DNA of 55,138 nt, the filler included, from Sphacelaria rigidula (lineage: Eukaryota), in NCBI GenBank assembly GCA_964200075.2. It is 5 parts of 5 records of this genome, joined end to end, with 100 filler letters (N's around TTAATTAATTAA, not from the genome) between each part and the next. Parts side by side here need not be neighbours in the genome. Positions count along the whole stretch, not along the records: positions 44,192 to 55,138 come from CAXNAA020005639.1; 4 more parts are not named here. One strand, 5' to 3'. Shown here piece by piece: positions 48,924 to 55,138 of this stretch. The number at the start of each line of letters is the position of its first letter. Positions within the stretch are counted from its first letter, which is position 1. A program made the translations under genes and the position numbers. Under the pieces are notes generated by a model. That model was not told the origin of the DNA. It was given only the letters and a program-made list of their open reading frames with translations, and searched no databases.

Positions 48924-51900
48924 ATGAAGGTATTCGCTTTCTTGCTCGTGACGCTCCTCGGAGTCGTGTCTGGATTCGTCACCCCCACTGCATTCAGGGG
49001 TAGTGCATTGCAGGCCAGCACTCGCACACGAGGTAAGCGTTGTTGTCTGAGAAACTTTTCCTGTCTGGTCTTGAGAGTCAGAGGGGTGGGATAGGTGCAT
49101 CATGTCTGCATCTGTTTGGGGATGATGATGCATGAAACATTACGGGTAGGGAGTGAAGATGCCTCGCGGGGCACTCTGTGATTAATCCTGTACTCGTTGG
49201 TGCGTTCAGTGTGCTCCTGTGAAGGGTCAAGGTGCATGAACAACTGCCAAGCCCATTTTGCAACGCTGCCCTTCTCAAAACTACACTTGGTTTCAGTTGA
49301 ACTGTACCCTCTACCTCAAAGTTTTACTCTCAGCTGGTTTGATATGGCTCAGAGGAAGGTAGTGCTGCATGTACCGGTATTATGAAGCGTTCAAATGGAG
49401 GGTAATAATGGCGGGAGTGACAGGAAGGAGGGTGGGAAGTGTGTGGGTCGGGACCTTCCGTTTCCTCATCCTTCGGTGTCTCATGTGCTTTTGTGGATGT
49501 GTGCGCCTCTGACAACATTAGGGCATGTAGTCTGGTTTAAGGGTGAACCGAAGTCCGAAGTACGTGTGTCTTTTGGCGCCTGTGAGGCATCGAATATTTG
49601 CTTGATAAGCGCTCTTCGCTGCTGCCTCTCGTTGGCCCTACATATATGAGCGCGATGTTGAATATAGCCGCGTCAGCATGAGAGCACTCGAGTCGCTGTC
49701 ACATACGATGCACGGTTGGTGCAGAAGCTCGTTCATTGTGAGAGCTGGCCTGGCATCCGTACACTCGGCAGTGCACACATACTGACTTATTCAGTAATTG
49801 CTACAACGGCCCGGTACTCTTCACCACCATGGTACCATCTTCAACACAGAATGTACCTTCTGTACATGCTCCAGTCAGGGTATAGTATAGTACTACTTCG
49901 AGCCCGTTGAGCCTTCTCAGTTCGCCCCACTGCGACACGCCTGTCCGCCAGCAGCTAGACACGAGGATTCGTTGCACGTAAGCAAAAACTGTCTATTTTA
50001 CTTCAGCAACAATATTCTCAGCATATACTATTTCTGATTTCACATCCGAAACAGGATTCCCGTGAACTTTTGCGCGTACTTCGTGAACCGTGCCACAAGC
50101 ACTCCTCTAGATGGGGTCAGCCCCCTGACGACGAGAAGTTTGAGATCTTTCTCCGTAGAAACAACCTTTTTTTAACGCGGTGCAGTTGTGCGGTCGCTCA
50201 CAGTTCCTTTTGCACAACAGTATAGTACTGTTATGGCGTCAGGTAGAGGGTACTTTACCAGGAGATGTATGGTGTCCACAGACGGCCAAACAGGACGGGG
50301 ATAATAAATATGTGGAAGAAACGTGGTGAGCACCGAAATGTTCTCGGTCAGGAGTAGGAACGGTGCTTCGTCTCGAAAGGGATTCTTGGTCAAAAGTTGA
50401 ACGACTAAGGGCTGTTATTATCGACACAGTTTTTTGGGAGATCGTCCCAATTCTAGGCGTTTTCGCACTTTTTTTACACCTTCTCCCAAAATAAAGCGGC
50501 GAGATTTTTTCGCCAAGCCTTCATGTTTGGCGAAAGTCGATTTTTCGCACCCCAGCACAATACTCCCTTGGCGCACGCCGTGGCGCTCTCAAGCATGTGA
50601 TAGCCACCAGAAACTTTGCTAGTGACACCCTCGGCTATGTCGTGAAGTAAAAAGCACCGTGGGGTGGCGGTATCTATCTCCTTAGACGGTGTGTGCCCCG
50701 GCAGCGGTTTCGGAGCTTTTGGGGTCAAGCACGGTGGTCGTCGTTTGCAGACATCCGCACTTTTGAAGTGAAGAGCAGACACAATCCGGTAGCTATCTAC
50801 TTGCCTGCTGTGCTGCTACGTGTGTACGCTACCGCATTGTCTGAAAAGTGTATAGCTAGTGGTTTAATTGGGTGTCTGCTCACACAACTCCCAAAAAGCA
50901 AGCATGCTGCAATCTGTCTACCGGGCTTTCTACAGTCGGTATTTTCCCTCATGTGTACTGCTCCAGCATCCCGAGAGAGCCGGTCGATCACGCCCTAGCG
51001 TGTCCGACTGCCCCCATGTGTCACAGAGACGTTGTTAGAAGAATGTTCACCACAGTTATGACCGTCATACACGGGTAGATAGCATAACGCTATCCTTCAT
51101 TTTGCCGGCGATCGCAAGCAAACGACGAGATCAGCACCATCTGTAATGAAATATTTAACAGCAAGAGTAGATCAAGATGATGAGCCCTCGGCGATTGCCG
51201 AAATCTCAGACCTTCTCTCATTTTTTTATTTGTCGATAATAATGGCCCTAAGGCGAGCAACAAAATGAGTAACGCCCCCCCCCCCCCTCCTTCCCGTCTG
51301 CATATCCGGGTTTGCTCTTTTTTTTAGGTAAAATTTCTTGTAAAGGGGAGGATTTTNNNNNNNNNNCTCGGCGGTTGCCAAAACCCCCGACCTTCCCTCA
51401 TTTTTTTATTTGTCGATAATAATGGCCCTAAGGCGAGCAACAAAATGAGTAACCCCCCCCCCCCCCCCCTCCTTCCCGTCGAGATATCCGGTGCTGCTCT
51501 GTTTTTAAGGTAGAATTCCTCGACAGGGGGAAGATTTTCCAGTTGCTAGGGCTGTCTTTTCAATAATGGACAAGCGAGAAAATGCGACCTCTAGTAATGT
51601 TTGTTACTAGCGGAACTGTTTTTTTCTTCAGACTTTTTGGTGGGGAAGGCACATTCTCCCTTCAATTGTGACCGAAGATATAGATTTCTGAAATTGACTG
51701 AAAAAATAGTAGAATTTGAGACGGGCTACGTACAAATCAGGAATTCTGGCGTTAGACTTTGTCTTGAGCATATTTATTCTAGATGTTTGAAGAACGAACT
51801 TGCTGTCGTGACGTCGGGAACTGATTCTGCTCCTTGTCACACGTTTTTTTAGTCCAGATGAGGCGCAGCACGAAAATGAAGACGGCAGAAAAACCTGAAT

Positions 51901-53607
51901 CCTGAGACGGCGGGTGGCACATAGCGCGATAGGTTACAGCACAGCTGTCAAATAGTGCTCGCTGCGCTGGTGTGCTTGATCATATCACTCGGCTGTTGAA
52001 TGAAGCAAACTTGCCTGCTTTCGGACAACCGTGTCGAACTGACCGTTGAATAAATGAAGACAACAATCTTTTCACGGATATCTCTGTTTTTCACTCAATA
52101 CCGCGCCAACGCCACTGATGAGTCTCGCCTCTTACTGCGGTGGGCTGTGGCTACCTCTGAATGTGTTGGACGTCCAGCATCCACAGTGGATGACGGGGCG
52201 TACCTTGGAACGGGATGCACATTTCCCGGATGACTGCAATGCGCAACCACCTAACAAGATACAGGTAGATGGATGAAAGCACCCGGAGGCTCATTCACCC
52301 TGGCAGTCAGAAGCTGTCGGCAGAGTGACTCTGAAGTTGGAGACCTTCGACGGGCATAATTTACTCTTGGGGAAGAATATCCGCAAGATCCATGTGGCCC
52401 GCCCTGCGATTTCATCACCAGTAGAGCCTGTTATAGCCTAAAAAACGGTCGAGGAGAGGGGGGTATTTGATATTTATGGATAGCCCTCCAGAAAGCACAA
52501 GTGTTTGCTTCACAGTTCCTGGCCGAATCCGCCATCTTTAGCCTCATCGTGGCGCTCGAGGAATGTTCAAGAAGTGATGAAGCTAATAAGGAGCTGAAAT
52601 GACGTAAATCTAGCACAGCGTTTTGTTTTTCTTGTCTTCTGGTCCCCAGTACATGGTGGGACAGCCCCTCCCCCCCCCCGTATATTTGAGATGATTATGC
52701 CCATGCGAATAATTCATGTGGACCCACTTACATGAACCGGTTGCCCCGGTAGCTAAGTTCGTAACCTCGTAACCCTCTGAGGGTTTATTGGGGTTCGATT
52801 CCCGGAGCGATCTGGAATCTCTCTGACACTGTGCCCAACAGTGAAGAGCGACTATGTCGTGGGTACACAGAATTCGACTTAACGGTCGACGAGGGAAAGG
52901 GACTGCTGAACCCCTCTCGCGATAAAAAAATTTAGGCAAGCACCGCAGAAGGAAGGCGGGGTATTAGAAACAAATAAAAAAGAAGCTCCTATGTAACCCC
53001 GGCTGATTCGCCCACATGTACCGAAAGGTGTAGACTGGCGCCCAAAATAAATGAGACGACACACTCGGTGTCTCACAGCATTCATGTCATCCTGGGAGAC
53101 ATCGTCCACGCGATAGAACGCCTCCGTCCCTGTCCAGCACCCCCGTCCTCCCTCCCATAGTCGCATAGATTATGCTGTTTCCGTTACGTGTTCTCCGAGT
53201 TCCCTGATACTGGTCTTCGAGCATCTAGCAATTGCCACTAACTTGCCGAAATATCTCATGTTTGAGATACCAACCTCTGTTCTCCGCCTTCATTTTTTCT
53301 GTCTCATCCCTCTGCAGCAACCTCGAAGGTGGCAGCGACACCGGTGATGCTGGACACTTACTGGGAGGGCGCAGCGCCGCCATCGGAAGTGCTCGGCCCC
53401 GCGTTGGCTAAGGTGCCATCAATAGGCCTTGGGGTCGTGTCGGGTGTTGCTTTTGCGGTGGGCGTGTTCTGCATTCACGAGACTAACATCTTGCACACGG
53501 TGTCACCGGACACTATCCAGCCGCTGTACGTCGCGGGCGCCACGCTTGTGCCGATCTCGTGGGGTCTTCACGTAGCGTCTTGGATCCAAAAGCAGAACGG
53601 GAAGTGA
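48924..53607 (+). CDS. psaR: Photosystem I subunit PsaR (Psa28)-like, nuclear-encoded, two exons (48924-49032, 53318-53607)
   Basis: Exon 1 MKVFAFLLVTLLGVVSG-FVTP (ASAFAP-type presequence) ends in phase 1 at GTAAGC. It joins TGCAG/exon 2 in frame: DTYWEGAAPPSEVLGP...two hydrophobic helices...PISWGLHVASWIQKQNGK, as remembered for red-lineage PsaR. Confidence 0.75.
50409..51248. mobile_element. PIF/Harbinger-type non-autonomous element in the psaR intron
   Basis: TAA-GGGCTGTTATTATCGACA ... TGTCGATAATAATGGCCC-TAA: 18-bp TIR with a TAA target duplication. Confidence 0.8.
52736..53065 (+). mobile_element. Near full-length tRNA-derived SINE (~330 bp) in the psaR intron
   Basis: A-box-like TAGCTAAGTTCG, B box GGTTCGATTCC, shared body and an ACACAC tail. 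Confidence 0.8.
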
Positions 53608-55084
53608 GCACAACATCTACGAAGGAACAAAAGAAAGCATACGCGGGAGAGGGAGGAACGGTGCAGAGGAGAGGGATGGAGAGGAATGCGTCCCCTTTTC
53701 GTGTTTGGTGTCTTCTGCGGGGCTCTCGTTGCCTTCTCAAGTTTACTTTCCTTTTACTGCCTTGATTTCTTATTTTGTCTTGAACCAACCGTTGTGACGT
53801 AGTTTGGGCGGAGGGGCAGTACGCGTCATTAGCAGCCAGAAGCGCTACTGGACCCTGATACACGAGGTATTGTTCCGGGCGGCAACGGTGTAGACGTCAG
53901 GTTTAGTTTTGTTTCATTTCCCCCCGGGTTGGTTGCCTACTTTGATAGCGGCGTCTCTGATGACATGTTATGTTTTCGAGTGCACGCGTCTTCCTGGCCT
54001 TCCGACTCGTGACGTAAGGGCGCTCAACGCGGCAGCACGTAGTGTTGAGGCCCATAACATGAATCAACAACCGGACCACGCTTGATTTTTTTTCTTGGTG
54101 GTTTTCGAGGGTCTTGGATCAGGTCTGCCCCCTGTCCATGAGGAATCGTGATGAACCTTCTTATCGCCAGCTCGTCTCGTGAGTTACTAGAAGCTCGTTT
54201 CATGTCGGTGGGTCACTATCTGCAGATCACTAAAGCAATCACCGGTATCCTGTACTCTCATAGACGAGAATTTTTTCCTGGAACCGGGCGTCATTCAGGC
54301 GTATGCATGATTTCCCCCAATCACCAGTCACTTTGATGCAAATGTTTCCCAGCATTGTATGCAGATATTCTCTGCTTCATTCACTCAATCATGATCTCGA
54401 GGTTGTGGATGACTTGCCATTGGATGTGTGCGGAATACCGAAGATACCCTGCTATGAATGACGTCCTGGCCAGCCGGGACTGACCTCTGATTGACGGAAC
54501 AAATGTTAAACGACGACACAGCTGTTCTAGTGAAAGCGAAGACGAGATGAGAGGACTTCCGGCTCTCCTGTTGTACAACTTAGTGTTTGGTGTCATGGTC
54601 ACGTGGACTGCACTTTGAGCTGGGTGATGTCGAGCACAAAGCTACATCGAGAGATTATTCCTGCGTGGCAGCGTATGGGTGACTCGAAGTCGCACTTTCT
54701 CCCCACCCTGCTTCCAAAACTACGAGGATGATTGAGGTGTGATTTTTTTGATCGCGCGGTTACTGTTATTCCGCTCTCGGTGTTGGGTCGATAACCCCCA
54801 CACCTTGGACAACATATGGTCCATAGTTGCTATGAATCAGAAACATGCTGCATGAAGTGTAGGCCCATTTCGACTGTTGTCGTCCGGCAATAGTTGCAAT
54901 AGGCCTATACTTCATGCAGTGTACTTCTCGTCTATCGCATATACCGCCAAAATATTGTCTACGGTGTGAAGAACTCCCAGACACCCAGACTCCCGCATGC
55001 CCTCTTTCCATCTACGGGGGGGAGTATACTGACTCCTCCACAAGTTTTTTTATCTCTTGACTTTTTTTACCGATTTTCGGAAGT

Positions 55085-55138
55085 CCGGTCGCCCCGGTGG
55101 CTCAGTTGGTAACCTCGTAACCTTCTGACGGTTGAGTT
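55085..55138 (+). mobile_element. SINE head truncated by the window end
   Basis: ccggtcgccccggtggctcagttggtaacctcg matches 32711-32765. Confidence 0.75.

Noticed and set aside
51186-51540. ~180-bp direct repeat
   Set aside because: The two copies flank a 10-N gap (51357-51366), which points to an unmerged assembly overlap.

Overview
Eukaryotic DNA, most likely a brown alga (Phaeophyceae). This is inferred from bipartite plastid-targeting presequences, a PsaR/Psa28-like gene, long introns and a tRNA-derived SINE family. The window is not one locus. It is five near-equal contigs (1-10949, 11050-21997, 22098-33044, 33145-44091, 44192-55138; 10949/10948/10947/10947/10947 bp) joined by artificial N44-TTAATTAATTAA-N44 spacers, so adjacency across spacers carries no meaning. 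Contig 1 has a spliced ankyrin-repeat gene, a divergent MGCxxS-start exon and MITEs. Contig 2 is the most interesting: an intronless, partly decayed cassette of a tyrosine recombinase, a DUF6940/giant-virus-like gene and an unknown ORF. It carries four tandem palindromic sites with 8-bp spacers and runs straight into a ~540-bp satellite array that flips orientation. Contig 3 has a spliced WW+ankyrin gene and a TIR element. Contig 4 has a microsatellite, a LINE relic and an intron-containing hAT transposase pseudogene. Contig 5 has a plastid-targeted AT-hook protein exon head-to-head with psaR, plus a Harbinger-type MITE and SINEs. All family assignments are by eye; no searches were run.
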